A program made the position numbers and the translations under genes. A stretch of DNA of 60,103 bases, the filler included, from Dugesia japonica (Eukaryota): assembly GCA_001938525.1 (NCBI GenBank). It is 5 parts of 5 records of this genome, joined end to end, with 100 filler letters (N's around TTAATTAATTAA, not from the genome) between each part and the next. Parts side by side here need not be neighbours in the genome. Positions count along the whole stretch, not along the records: positions 1 to 13,710 come from MQRL01596151.1; positions 13,811 to 30,254 come from MQRL01647561.1; 3 more parts are not named here. One strand, given 5' to 3'. This document shows, piece by piece, positions 11,624 to 25,200 of this stretch; position 1 is the stretch's first letter, and every line of letters begins with the position of its first letter. The notes beneath the pieces were generated by a model, which saw nothing but the letters and a program-made list of their open reading frames with translations, was not told where the DNA came from and did no database searches.

Positions 11624-13710
11624 ATGTTCAAAGAAAAGGAAACTAAGTTGTTCAAGTTCATAATGGACAATGAAAGCTCAGTCAATATTCGAGAACATCT
11701 AAAAAACGTCAAGGCCTTTATAAATTTATTCGATGCTTGTAGCATCACCACAGAAGAGAGAATTACTATATTTAGTAAATATTTTGACGACAACTTGACG
11801 AAGGAAATAAAATGTGATCCAAGCTGTGAAAGTACAAAGGTGGATATCGATTACTTGGAAAAACATCTTATCACTTTAATGGATGTTAAACCATCAAAAA
11901 TTAACCAAGCTATGATAATACTTGAATTAATGCAGTATCGAGGAGAAAAAATAACGGATTTTGCTAAGCGTATTCGTATGGAGAGCAGTGTTTTATCTGA
12001 CAAGAAAGACAAAAATCATGGTAAAAGCATTTATTAATGGCTTGTGACATTGACAATTGGCAAATGCACTAAAAATATTCGAACCAAAATCATTGGAAGA
12101 GGCTGTAGAAAGTATAAAAGATGAAAAACTTACAGATGTCTACGAAACGAATGAAAATGTATAATGTAATATGCGCCAAGAGAATGAAACTATAAAGAAT
12201 TTGAAAATTGAAATAGAAACTAAAGAATGAAATTTCCGAACTAAAGAGACACAATTAGAAATCTCGTGCACCAAATGTGTTTAATAAAAATAGGAATAAT
12301 AATGCACAAAGATCTGAAAAACCCTAAAAATGGATAACTATGGGTAGGCAAGAAACAAGAATATGTTTTACATGTGGTAAAAAGGCCATATAGCTAGAGA
12401 CTGCAATATCAAAAAATGTTTCAGGTGTGAGGGTGACCATCTTAAAAGAAACTGGAAACAAAAAGCAATCTAAGATACTATTACAAAAAGAAGAGCAAAC
12501 AGAATCCGTAATCAATGATGAACCAGAAGAAGAAGATCACATCGATGAAGTGAATACGATAAGTGAAAATAAACCATCTTGGAACACTCATTAATCTACT
12601 GAACTAATTAAAACGTTTAAACCGTTACTTGAAGATAAGTATGTCAATTTTATCGAAGGAAATCGAGCACGACCAAGACAAACACTTAGAAAATATGAAC
12701 TAACACTAATATCAATATCAATGCCAAAAAAAGCAAGAAATAAACCAATTGTTAAATGTCAGGTTGCAGGGATACCAGTAAAAACTATGTTTGACATGGG
12801 CGCTGATTTGAATGTTATAAGCCAGGAATTAGCCGAGCGTATCTGTAAAATGAACCCTGCTGTAAGAAATTTTAAATCTATAACAAAAGTAACATGCGCA
12901 AATGGTACAACAGAAGAATGTTTGGTGAATATACAATTAAATATGTCAATTAGACCTGTAATGACAGCACACGTGTTTGATATTATGCCGAATATATTTC
13001 CACATCTATATATTGGATTAAGAAACATGAAAAAATACGAAATAATAGTGGATGCAGAAGGGATGGAATAATAATACAGAATTTTAAGATTCCATTTATT
13101 TCAAAAACAGTTCTACCTGAGTCAATAAAAAACTAACACCGATCGCGTTAATGAGTTGTAATTCGGGATTCAGAAAAGCAGAGACTCGTGAGATTTATAA
13201 TGATAATCAATTTTATAGAATTCCGGTATCTGAAAATGTAGATGTAAGTGGAATTGGTGGATATTTTATCGAAGGCATGATAATAAACCACTCAGATCAG
13301 AAAATTACTTATGACACGAGTTAAGTATGGATTTTCACTGGAGATAAATAGAAAATGGCCGTGCGGAATCTTTTAGTAACAGATGGAATTACAATCGATA
13401 ATAATGAATACATGTGGGTAAGAATATATATGTTAGAAGGCGGATATAAAACTCTACATAGTGGAACTACACTCGAATATGTAGATTAGTTTAATCAAAA
13501 CGAAGAAGTGTTTGAAAAAGTATCACTTAGACAATTGTACTCTGAAAAACAAAGAACAGTGGAAGAAATTACAGACAATATACTGCAGAAAATTAAAAAT
13601 GATATGGAAGTTAAAAACAATTATTACGATTTGGTCAAAACATTAGCAATCCTTGAAAAGAATAAAGATGTATTTAGTCGATATAAGATGGATGTGGGTA
13701 AAACTGATGT
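11624..13710 (+). mobile_element. Ty3/Gypsy LTR retrotransposon gag-protease-(RT start), degenerate
   Basis: Gag-like ORF; frameshifted CCHC knuckle CFTCGKK(G)HIARDC at about 12363; aspartic protease FDMGADLNVIS; pre-RT KNKDVFS..KMDVGKT. Truncated by a linker. Confidence 0.85.
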
Positions 13711-13810
13711 NNNNNNNNNNNNNNNNNNNNNNNNNNNNNNNNNNNNNNNNNNNNTTAATTAATTAANNNNNNNNNNNNNNNNNNNNNNNNNNNNNNNNNN
13801 NNNNNNNNNN
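13711..13810. other. Artificial contig-joining linker
   Basis: 44 N + TTAATTAATTAA (stops in six frames) + 44 N. Confidence 0.9.
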
Positions 13811-13826
13811 AATTCTACTCGCGCAT

Positions 13827-13828
<2 letters not shown>

Positions 13829-13857
<29 letters not shown>
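13829..13857. repeat. (TA)n microsatellite
   Basis: Direct observation. Confidence 0.9.
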
Positions 13858-13860
<3 letters not shown>

Positions 13861-16111
13861 TTTTCACAATATCTATTAAAAAAATTTTTGTTTTTCAAAC
13901 GGAAAATATATTTCATTAATCATGACATTTTCATATTGTAACCAAGGTAAAACAAATGAATAATTTCCAATTTTCCCTAGATTTAACCATTTCCTTTAGG
14001 TATTTACTTACTTTATTTTTAAGAAGATAAAAAGTACATTTATTTATTCAATTAAGAAGGTTTATATTCAAGATTTTTTAAAAATTGATATTCATCTATA
14101 TTTATTCGTTTATTATGTTTATTGATTATTTTTTTTTGTGATTGCTAGTTGGAAGTTGACTTTGTAAATACAACCAAATTTTTTTGAATACATCAAAAAA
14201 AATTAAAAACAATTAAAATATTTTAATTTTGTTGATTATTCTAAAAATATTTTTTACAAAAAGCGTCTTAGTATATTAAATTCTTGATCATAAAAATGCA
14301 ATAAAATTTATATTTAATTTTTATATTTTATTTTAAACAACTAAAAATTTGAACACTTTGAAAAAAATTAGTATGAAATACTTTATTTTTTTAGAAGATG
14401 TTAAAACTAAGTTTATTCTTTTTTTAAAAAAACGATAAAAACAATTGAAAATTTCAAAATTATAGATAATTTTTTCCATAGACAATGGTTTTAAACTATA
14501 AGCGATTAAAATGTTTTGAAAAATATTACTTTATTTTTTACGTGAAATTAAGTAATTATTAAAGTTTATAAAATAACTCTTAAAATTTAATCGAAAATAA
14601 CGATTAATTATATTTTTAATCGTTAACTTTTTTAGAAAATTGTTATTTTCTTCAATATAATTCAGTACGTTTATAATATGAAAATTTGTGATTTAATTCA
14701 TTTAAATTTGTTTTAATTGCATTAATTAACGGATAATGAATATATTATTACAAACATTGGAAACTAGCAATTTATTTAATGAATAAAAATTAATATAAAA
14801 TAAAAAATTTCATTTCAAATTTAAAATAGTATTGTTCATGGTAATTTATGTCTAAACAGAACTATTGTGGGATGACCAGATATAATTTTACAGTTAAAAT
14901 AATTCATAAAAATGAGTAAAAAATTATTTGCTTAATTTAATTAAGTTATTTTTTCGAAACCATATGTCCACGAGCCATTTAACTTAAGTATATTAGTGCA
15001 ATATTTTGTTTTGAGTACAAGTTTAGAAATTTCTAAATAATTAAAATATTCTAATAATACTAATAAAAGACAAGCATGTGATTCTTTTTCAATAAATATC
15101 TGTTCATTTTGTATAATTTTGCAAAATATTAAAAATTATTTAATAAGAATAAAAATTCCGAACTAAAGAAATTACTTAAACCGTTCCTAAGTTTGCAACA
15201 GCTATTATATATTATTTTAATTTTTTAAAGTAAAAAAAAATTTTCTTGATTTAGAGTTTATTGAAATTATCCACTTAAAAAATTTTCAAATTGGAGATTG
15301 TTTTGAAATTTAACTGCTTAAGCGGGTTTATTCACTTAACCAACATTCACTTGACAACTATCGCTATTTCTGTGTGGAAAAAAACGAAACTGTCAGTTTT
15401 TTATCCACTTTACTTGGTTTGACGGTATAGATGCGTCTGTGTATTATATCTTTATTTAAGCCTCTAACGTATTTATGATTTTGATAATTTTAAGATTGAA
15501 TTATTTAATATCGTTAAATTGTAATAGAGTAATTTAATTACTATTTAAATATATTATATATGATGAGTTTACAGAAATTGCAAAGAGATCTATTAATATT
15601 ATTTGTTTTCTTCATTTCAATCAACTAAAATAAGACTTTTGATTCAATACTTTATTTAAAATACAAATAATGCTTTGAAATTCCTCTTGCTTTTTAAACG
15701 CTTCTTTCAAAACTTGCCTTTCCAAATTTATATGTTTAAATAATAATAAACTTAAACAAATTTGTTATATTTATTTAAAAATATATTTTACAAATATAAA
15801 ACTTTCGAATTAAAAATAACAAAACGATAAAATCTAACTATTAAACTTTTCACTAAATATTTACATTTAAAAACTTTTGTAAATAAATGTTTTTATAAAG
15901 TTTTTCAATTAAATTTCAAATATACATTTAAACATTTAAACTAATAAACATTGATTTGCATATAAACATTAAAACATTATTGTATTAAATTTTAAAAATA
16001 TTTACGAATTTTTAAAATTACCAAATAAAATAATCAATAAGAAATTTATCTAAAAAAGTCTACTAATAACTCTTATATTAGAGTCGCTTTTAATCACATT
16101 TAAATGTAGTT

Positions 16112-16501
16112 CAGTGGTTCTCAATCAAGGTGCTGTAGATATATCTCAAAGGAGTGTCGCGAGCTCGGCTAATTTTATTACTGAAAATTTATTAACTTCA
16201 TATTATATTAATTAATTGGTAATTTTTTATAATAATTTGAAAAAACAAAAACTTATGTCAATTGAGAATGAGTTAAGAGTTTGTTTGTCAAATACGCAAC
16301 CTAATATTAAGTAGATATGCAAAAATCATCACGATCAAATTTCACATTAATATATGTTAAATTAAATATTTTTATTAATTATTGAACATAAAAACTTGTT
16401 ATTTTCATAGTTGAAAACTTAATATAATAACGGCAGGGTATACCAAATTTTTCAAATTTTCCGTTCGGGTGCCACTATCTAAAAATGGTTAAGAACCATT
16501 G
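16112..16501 (+). mobile_element. Non-autonomous hAT (Buster/Charlie-type) element
   Basis: TIRs CAGTGGTTCTCAA / TTAAGAACCATTG. Perfect 8-bp TSD ATGTAGTT. Internal transposase C-terminus ENELRVCLSNTQPNI..HDQISH*. Confidence 0.9.
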
Positions 16502-17016
16502 ATGTAGTTAAAAATCCAAGTTAGACTATTAAGCAGGTTAAACCATGTTTATTGCATATAACATAAAAGAACAATAAATTAATTTCATATCTATTTCCAA
16601 TATTTTCGTAGTATTCAAAATCAACAAAATCAACTTTCAAAAATTAAACTTAAAACAAACCACATTCTCTCATACATACTTTTTATTTTTATTGAAAAAC
16701 AAATTATAAAATCAATATTTTAAACAAGCATTAATAAAAATTTAAAGAATTATCAAATTGCAAATGCAAAATATTTTCTCAGTAAAATGAAATATTCATC
16801 ATTAATAATTTCAAATTTGAAAACAAGAAAACGATTTTAATTCGATAATTGATTAATCGATTATATTATTAAGCATAAATTAATTCATGGCATTTAATAT
16901 ATAATATTGATGAAAATTATTTCAGTTACAATTTCAACACATTTACTTTAAATTTTTCCATTAAATTTTTAATTGAATATAATATAATTCCAACAATAAT
17001 AGATTTTAATACTTAC

Positions 17017-17484
17017 TTGAAAGCGATCTAAAGCAATTGCAGTAATGCTAATAGTGCTTACAAAGATGTTTGTACCCTGCAATAAGGCACTCAATTTACA
17101 CATTGGGTCCCCCAACACCCATTCTTGTTGACCAGATAATAATCGTATTAAATTAAATGGCTCGGTAAGTATACATAAAATCAAATCAGAGATGGCTAAA
17201 TTGACAATAAAAATATTTCTTGGACTTCTCATACTGCGACCGTGTACAACAGCGTATATAACAAGAGTACTGCCACAAGCTCCAAAAACCATTAAAGTTA
17301 CATAGATTGCGATCAAAATCCACAATACAGTACTACTTAAACTAAGTTGAGATTGCACTCGCATCTCTTCGAAAACAGCATCAAAACCAACACGGTTAGT
17401 TATATAAGCTGGATTACATCGGTGAAAATAAGATTGAAGATCTTTATAACTGTCGATAGGAATTGTACCACAGTCGTTTGTCAT
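17017..17484 (-). CDS. Neuropeptide Y/NPF-like rhodopsin-class GPCR, coding exon 1 (N-terminus, TM1-TM3)
   Basis: MRSPRNIFIVNLAISDLILC (TM2), WVLGDPMCK (ECL1/TM3), VSTISITAIALDRF (DRY-like). ATG at 17484; GT donor caa|gtaagt after 17017. Downstream exons were not found in this block. Confidence 0.88.
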
Positions 17485-18329
17485 GACTCCATTAAATATT
17501 TTCAAAAGTTGAAATTCAATAATAAAACAGACAATATTTCTGATTAATTTATGATTCGTTAACCAATCAAATTTAAATAATCGTTATTTAATATTAATGA
17601 GTAAACAAATTTATAACAAAGTTTAAGCTTATCATTTTTATTTTATCAAATTAAAACTGGTATCATTAATTTGTAATGGAAATATACGAAAGTTTTGAGA
17701 AATTTTAATTTCGAAACCTGAAATTTCTACTGATTTTTTGGAATTAAATTATTATTTTTTTGATTTTAATTAAATTAAATAAATGTTATCTTACATTTAA
17801 AAATGTTTTTATTACTTTTATTTTGACTTTTTTAATGCGTATGTTTGACTGACATAAGCACTGAATAAATTGTAAAATAAAAAAAAAGTACACTGAAAAA
17901 TCCAAATCCAGTGGGAAAATGGATAAATAAACATCAAACACAAATCTAGAAAGCAAGAATCAGGAAGAGAAATTAAAAATCAAAGAAACACAGGAATCAA
18001 ATATAACTAAAGAAAAAATAATTATGTTAGACAGTTTAATTGAATAAATAATAAAAGTAATCATAATACAATTTTAAATAAATCATATAATTTCCTTTAA
18101 TTTCTTGTTAGACATCCGAATGTTTCATAATTCTTTAAAATCAGCACCTAATAAAAATACAGCTGATTTTAAATTTTAATAATCATTGCTTTTAAGTTAT
18201 GTATTACATCATTCGGTTTGGTTTTAGTAAATAGATTTTGGTTTTAGCGTGATACCTTAATGTGTGAATCAAATTTTAATAATGGTTTTACTGCCGACCT
18301 CGCCGAAAATATTAATGTCATAACTTGCA

Positions 18330-19850
18330 ATCAGAAAAAAATGTTAGTCGAAGCCTTACAAAAGAAAGCTCAAGAATTAATTAATTTTCAAATTTAACGT
18401 TTAAGTGGCAGAAATACTGAATGAAGCCGAATGTTGATTATAGGATGAATTGAGATTGGAAAACCTTGTTTAACCCCTCTTTTTATTGGTAGATTTGGTG
18501 CGATTATTTTATCTGTTCACATGATTAAGTTGACGATTAATCAGTATAGATAAGCCTGATAATATTAACAAAAGCTGTATCAACTTCACAAAGGTTAAAT
18601 AAAGACCACAGATAATCATGTGGTACACTTCCGAAAGCGTCCTTTCAATCAAGCCAGGCAATAGCGATATGTTTCTGGTTTGAATACCTTGAATGTTCAA
18701 TAGCAGCTAAAAGAATAGAGTTGTGTTCAGCACAGCCCTCGTGCTTTGAGCCATCTTTCTAATTAATATGCAAGAGATAATTCATTTTCATTCACGCACT
18801 AAGGCGTTTTGTTAGAATAGAAATGAATATCTTGTAAATGACCGATAAAATTGCAATTAGTCTCCATGATGATATGTTGGTGTAGTAACTTTCTTTATAA
18901 AGTTTTGGAATAAGTACGGTCTTTAATGTTTTCCAATAGTTTGGGATATGCATTGTTTCAATAATTATGTTATAGAGGAATGTAATCAGTTTACACTCTG
19001 AATTAAGACATAAAAGATCTCTGTAGTGAACATTATCTAGTACAGAAAATGTGTTTTCGGCTATTTTAATGAGACGCAGAACCTCCTCGATTGACATCAG
19101 GTCAATACTAAGGCAAATTTTAGATATTTTGCAAAATTGAAGTATTGACTCCCAGGGCAATTTTCTATTAGGTTTGTTTTGAATAAAGTGATTAATGATG
19201 TCCTCGATTTTATGCAATTCTGAAAGTTTGTTGTCGTTCAGTATTTTATTAATGATCCGTTTCATATCAGTTAAAAATTTCGATCTTAATTTATGTTTGT
19301 TAGTATGATTTGGTTCAAATATATTTCCTAGATAGTTTGTGCCTTTAAATTTGGAATTTTTTCCAGAATTTTGTTGATTATCATATCAGGATTAATATTA
19401 CTTGCAAAAGGTAATAGTTTATCAATTTTCTGTATCTTTTCTTAAAGTGTGATTTTTCGTTGTTTACATGAGGAATTTAGCTTTGGATTTTCTTTTAATT
19501 GTATTTTATTTTCCTTAATAATGGTTAAAAGATCATTTATAGTATTACATATGATCCTCAGATTTACGTCAGTTAGAGGTCTATCTAGTGCAAAATATTT
19601 TATAAATGCACGCTTGAGAAGATTACTGAATAGTCCACATCCCCAAGTATCATGTGAGCAACGACCTATATTTTGGGCTTTATTGTTAGTTTCTCGAATT
19701 TTATTGGTTTTTCTGAGAAATTCTTTTCCAATATTGTGATGATCAATGTTGGTGTTGAGTGTAGTTGGATTAAGAAAATGATGCTCATCTATGTTGTAGT
19801 CGATTAGAACGAGAAATTCATGTAAGTTCAATAATCTTTATATTGCAAAA
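18330..19850 (-). mobile_element. Non-LTR retrotransposon reverse transcriptase remnant (R2/R4/NeSL-like)
   Basis: IPNYWKTLKTVLIPK..ISSWRLIAILSVIYKIF; GCAEHNSIL; AWL(D)..DAFGSVPHD; RGVKQGFPIS. Many stops and frameshifts. Confidence 0.8.
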
Positions 19851-21039
19851 ATAGTAGTAGAAGTATTGAGATCACTAACATTTCCAGTACAAAATTCTTT
19901 TGCATTTGTTATAGTCAGATTTAGATGACAATTGATTTGTTTTGTAATTATTTGTCATTTTCATCAATTTTGGGATAATTTCCAATTGCGTGTTGGATGA
20001 TTAAAAATTTGTTTCAATTCTTTTGAGAAATAAGTTAATTCAAGATGAATATGGATTCAACTAGCTTTTATTTTTATTTTGGATTGAGATTGTAAGAGCG
20101 AGAAAACCAGTAAAGAGTGAGCAGAGCACCGATAAATGAACACCCGTTCACAGCTTGCAGAATATTGATAACTAAACACAGTTAGCAGAACATTGTTGAC
20201 TGAAGGCTAGTGCGCAGTGGGCAGAGTATTTATGACTGAAGACATACAAAGAGTGAGTAAACCACTAAACGTGAAGACCCATGAAGAGTAAATTATCGTC
20301 TAAAGTAGTCAATACCACTCAAAAATAGATCGAATTGAATAAATTATCATCCTATATTTATGTTCCTCTGGGACTCCTAAATACAGTACATGTTTTTCTA
20401 TTTTACTTTTTATTAATAAGATTTGTTGATTTTTAACCGTGTTATTCGTACTCACCATAAATTTTCCTATTGAATAGTATCAATTTAAATAAAGTTTGAG
20501 TTACTTTTCATATTTTTGAAAAAAGTTAGCAAATTCGGGAGGACAGCTGTACATATTCATTAGGAAGCATTTTTCCGAGACGATATTTTAACTTCGCGCA
20601 GTCACTATTTCTTCCTGAGTAAAATAATACCTAATTTGAATTAATAGTTGTTTTCTGCGTACAGAGCTCTGATTTATTTTGGGTTAATATATTTGGAATC
20701 AGCAAAATATTCTTTATCAAATAAGCAATTTGTTGACATATTTTGAGACGGAAAATGTTTTTCGAAAAATTCTGGGGGAAAAAATGATCGCCGTAAAATT
20801 CTGAGTCCATGGATCTAAAGATATTTATATGTTATAAAAATTGAAAAAATTAATTTTTGGAATTTGGGATGTCCCGATTTCACATAAAATATTCTTTTAA
20901 AAAATTTTTAATTTTCATATTTTTAAAACAACATTGGTTGTTCATCCGGATTTTTACAAAATATTTTAAATCATCTTTTGAAAATTTGAAAATGTTAACG
21001 AATTCTACTTTTACCATGAATTTCCTTTGAATTCAACTC

Positions 21040-21320
21040 AAACTGTCCAGCCCGAGAAAGTTATTACTTAAATTCACAAAAAACTGACCCTTGTGAGTAA
21101 ATAATTAACCATAACCAGCTAAAAATCATCCAAAACCAAGCACCGTGATTAAAAAATGGACGAAGTTTATCCATGTTGAGGAAATAATTAACCGAATCAT
21201 CTAAATATTACTCAAACTCTCTATTCCCGAGGAAAAGTTTAATAGAACCTCCCAAAAAATTACCCAAATTAACCAATCCTGAAGAAATAATTGAACGAAA
21301 TTTCCTGAACCAACCAAAAA
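21040..21320. repeat. Degenerate minisatellite of about 50-70 bp units
   Basis: Recurrent gagRaaataattaacc...aaaYtaccaaa units. Confidence 0.35.
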
Positions 21321-21599
21321 TCAACCTCGTTTACACTCACTGAACAAATTTCTAACCAAAAAGCTAGAAAAAGCTTTTCACAACTAAAAAGACTTAAATT
21401 TAAAAATAATTTGCCAAACTTTTCAAAATTTGCTTAAAAGATATGTAATTGCACGTAATTGCATGAAAATACTGGTTTGGTGATGGTAAATACAGGATTT
21501 ATCTTTGTTCTTAAATTATATAATTCTTCGTAAATATGTCTGATCTTTTCATTGATTATTATATATTAAAATTATTCTTGAAATATTTTTTTTAATTAT

Positions 21600-24500
21600 T
21601 TAGAACATCAAATTATCACAAATGGAGAACCAATAAATACAAAGCCATAGAGACAACCAATGCATTTAGAGAATAAGATCGACGATGTTATCAAGAATTT
21701 GTTTGACGACATTATAAGGAAGCGTAAATTGCAATGGAACACTCCGTTAATATGTGTTTGGAAAAGAGAAAGGAAAGACATTAGATTATGTCTAGACTTT
21801 AAAAAACTGAATGTAATCACAGAAAGACAGGCCTTTATAATGCGTAATGTAAAAGAAATACTAGACGATTTGAGTGGTGCAAAATAGTTTAGTACTATTG
21901 ATCTGTGTAATGCATACTTTCAAGTTCCTTTACATAAAGATTCACAAGAGAAAACGGCATTTTCTACGAAAAATGGACAGTATTGTTTCACAAGAATGCC
22001 TTTCGGTATAGCTGCAGCACCTGGAACGTTNNNNNNNNNNNNNNNNNNNNNNNNNNNNNNNNNNNNNNNNNNNNNNNNNNNNNNNNNNNNNNNNNNNNNN
22101 NNNNNNNNNNNNNNNNNNNNNNNNNNNNNNNNNNNNNNNNNNNNNNNNNNNNNNNNNNNNNNNNNNNNNNNNNNNNNNNNNNNNNNNNNNNNNNNNNNNN
22201 NNNNNNNNNNNNNAGTAGAAGTCAAATTTTTAGGACACGTCATAGACAAGAATGGAGTCCGAACTGACCCAACAAAAATTAAAGCGATAAAAATTTTGGA
22301 AGACCTAAATGTGTGAAGAACTTGAGAAGCTTTTTGGAAATATGCAATTATTATAGACGATTTATCAATAATAACTCAAAGAAAGCTAGAAGCTTGGGAG
22401 AGCTATGTGGATGTAACAATAAAAAACTTTTATGGCCTGAAAATTGTGATAAATCTTTTAATAACATGAAAGAGGCATTAACAAAAGCACCGATATTGAG
22501 TTTTCAGATATCGTAAAGATGTTTGTACTAGATATAGATGCGAGTTTTGATGCCATAGGAGAAGGTTTATTGCAAATAGATGAAACAGATTTAGAACAAG
22601 TCATCGCATATTAGTCACATGCAATATCAGCTCATGAGAAATTATATTATATAACAAGAAAAGAATAATTGACTATTTACTATTTTTGTAATTATTTTAA
22701 ACAATATTTGTATTGGAAAATATTTTCAGTGAAAACAGATCACAAGGTGATAGCATTTATGTAAAAGACAAATAAGCCAATTACTTCGCAATTTCAAACT
22801 TGGATGAATTTTCTTAGTAGCCTAGATAATGTATTGGAATTTAGACAGGGCGCGAAACATACGAATGCAAATATGCTATCAGGAATAAATTTGAGTACAT
22901 GTGTACAATGCTTAACAGATCATAAGAATCTAAAGGAAGGAAACATAAAAACAAGAACAATTAATAGTATATCAGGTTCAGATACATATTAATGACAAAG
23001 TAACGTAAAAGAAATTGAATAGATAAAAATGATATAAAAAATGGAACATGTAAAAAGTTTCGATTAATAGAAGATATAATGAAAACGAAAGATGGTAAAA
23101 TAAAGATTTCATCAAAAAAGAAAATTCAGGTGGTAAAAATGCCTAGTTTATTGGTTCACACAGGCACGGAAAAAATGATAAATTTGTTGGGGTCTCACTT
23201 GAGTCGAATGTGGAGAAAATGGGCTAGGGGGAAAAGACAGCCCTCAGGGGTCCCGTTCAAGAATTTACCTAATGCTTCTTATTAGGTCTTTAATGTGAAG
23301 CGGTTGACTCCCAACGCTTATTTGGAGTACTCACTTACACATCTTTTTGTTCAGGTTCAAGATTTCCCCTTATTTTAACTTATTAACTATTTGTAACAAC
23401 AAAATCATAGGAAGAGTTTATTTTTCACCAATTTACAAGTAATTTAGAGCACCCGGATCTAACCCCTGTGTAGGCTCCCTATGCATGAAATCAAAGGCGG
23501 CCTCATCATCGTCACTGTTCCAGCGAACCCAGGTTACCTGTTGCAGTTGATTTGATAGGTTGGCAATGTACTGCTGTAAAAATTCGATCTGTTTCTATTT
23601 CTTTAAATAATTTCATAGTTTTCAGCTGCTTTATTGGTGCCTATTTTTAGAGCACAGGCTGACTTTTCCTTCTTTGTTTCATTTTTATTTTCTGGTTTAC
23701 CATTGGTTGAATCTTTAAACCCTTTTTTCGTACCCTTTTAATGTTGGTTACTTTTTCCCCTTGGGAAATTCAATTGCGCCGAATTATTCTGCATCCGAAT
23801 TTTCTTTCCCGATCTTCTTCTGACTTTCTTGAGCACAGATATTCTTCTTAAATTGATTTTTTATCAATTAATTTCTCTTTTTGAAAATAAATTAATTAAT
23901 TTTTTCTTGTTAATTTTACATTATATTTTCATAATAATTTCCCATTTTTAGATAATAAATTATAATTATTCGCCACTGGCTTATTAAAATATTCTTTTTT
24001 TATAATTTTTTCCCGGACCCTCTTCTAATTATTGATCCGCCAATTATTGATAAATTGATAATTATTATTGCTTGTTTTTAATTTTCCAAGACTTATTTCT
24101 TCTTGGCGCCCCAGTTTTGGGCCCCTGAAGATGATATCATCATTATCGAGTGTTTCACCCCAACAATAATAACCGTCTTTTCTTTAAATTTCAAATCTTC
24201 TAGATAATTATTATTTCTGATTATTGTTGGGATGTGGTTTATTTAATTAATTAACTAGATCCCAACCTCCCGTTGTTCTTAATTACCTATTTTAGAGACC
24301 CTGAACGTGTTGTCCCTATGATCGGTATTTCATTCCAACAAATTATTTAATATTTGAAAAATGAATATGATATGAAAAAAATTTAGAGAAACTGTGTTAG
24401 CAGTAATTAAAGAATATACAGCGTGCCAAATGAACAAAGTAACAGCAATCACAGCAAAGGAGGAAACTATAAAGACTAATGAACCATTTGAGAATATTTA

Positions 24501-24690
24501 TATAGATATTTGTGGACCATTCTAGGAAACCTTAGGAAGGAAAATAAGTGGCAGAATAGATAAAATTTAGCATTTTAGCTTTTAGGTTTAAAAGCTCTGG
24601 TTAAACAAGATATGGAGTCATTTAACAAAATAATCATGAAAAAATGGATCCTGAAATATGGTGCTTCAAAGGAGACATAAATAGATTGTT
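21600..24690 (+). mobile_element. Ty3/Gypsy pol remnant (RT-RNase H-integrase), interrupted by an insertion
   Basis: WNTPL..V.K..IRLCLDFKKLN; FSTIDLCNAYFQVPL..KTAFST..MPFG; VKFLGH; LRSFL..CNYYRRFI; FVLDIDAS; KTDHK; integrase H(T)GTEKM and PFENIYIDICGP. Confidence 0.9.
23185..24340 (-). mobile_element. Nested LTR-like insertion made of two TG..CA units (23185-24165 and 24225-24340) with a 4-bp TSD
   Basis: AATT|TGTTGGGG ... TTCCAACA|AATT. The host integrase sequence resumes after the insertion (GTEKMIN|YL). Confidence 0.8.
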
Positions 24691-24699
24691 GCTTTCTTA

Positions 24700-25200
24700 A
24701 CTTACCTCTTTTCGTCACATTCTTGTTGCATTTTACTTCAATACTATTTATTCGTGTCTCAGTTGATTTATTTTCTTTGCTTGTCAGCTGAAATCCAATA
24801 TGTTTCTCAAAATCCGTCCCACCTATTACCTCTGGATAAACCTTCTCGACTCTTATCTTCTCAATATGTCATCATTTGAATTTTAATAATAGTCTCTAAC
24901 ATTATCCCATTTGCACAATGTAGTCTTTCTCCTCCTTGTTTTAATTTCCCTTTCCTGCCATAAAACAATCTGAATTCATAGCATTGACCTATGCTTCTGT
25001 GTCTAAAATACACTTTAATATCCTTTTTTTGGAAAATTACCGTAATGCATGGTTTATCTTGAAATTTATTGTAAAATATTTTTACTACTAAATCAGAACT
25101 GTCAGCAAAGGCTTTTATAACACTATTCAATGTTGTGTTCAATGATTTAAATAATAAACTCAACTTTACATTCAATATTTTTATTTTTTTAACTTCATTT
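24700..25200 (-). mobile_element. Gypsy aspartic protease remnant in the opposite orientation
   Basis: Frameshifted LDTEA*VNAMNS (D-T-G-like), followed by LHCANG..LET and ..PEVIGGTDF. Confidence 0.6.

Noticed and set aside
13755-13766. Conserved TTAATTAATTAA regulatory motif
   Set aside because: Always embedded in 44+44 Ns, so it is an assembly spacer.
11624-24690. One continuous Gypsy element (gag at 11.6 kb plus pol at 21.6 kb)
   Set aside because: Separated by an artificial linker and a host GPCR exon; no shared LTRs seen.
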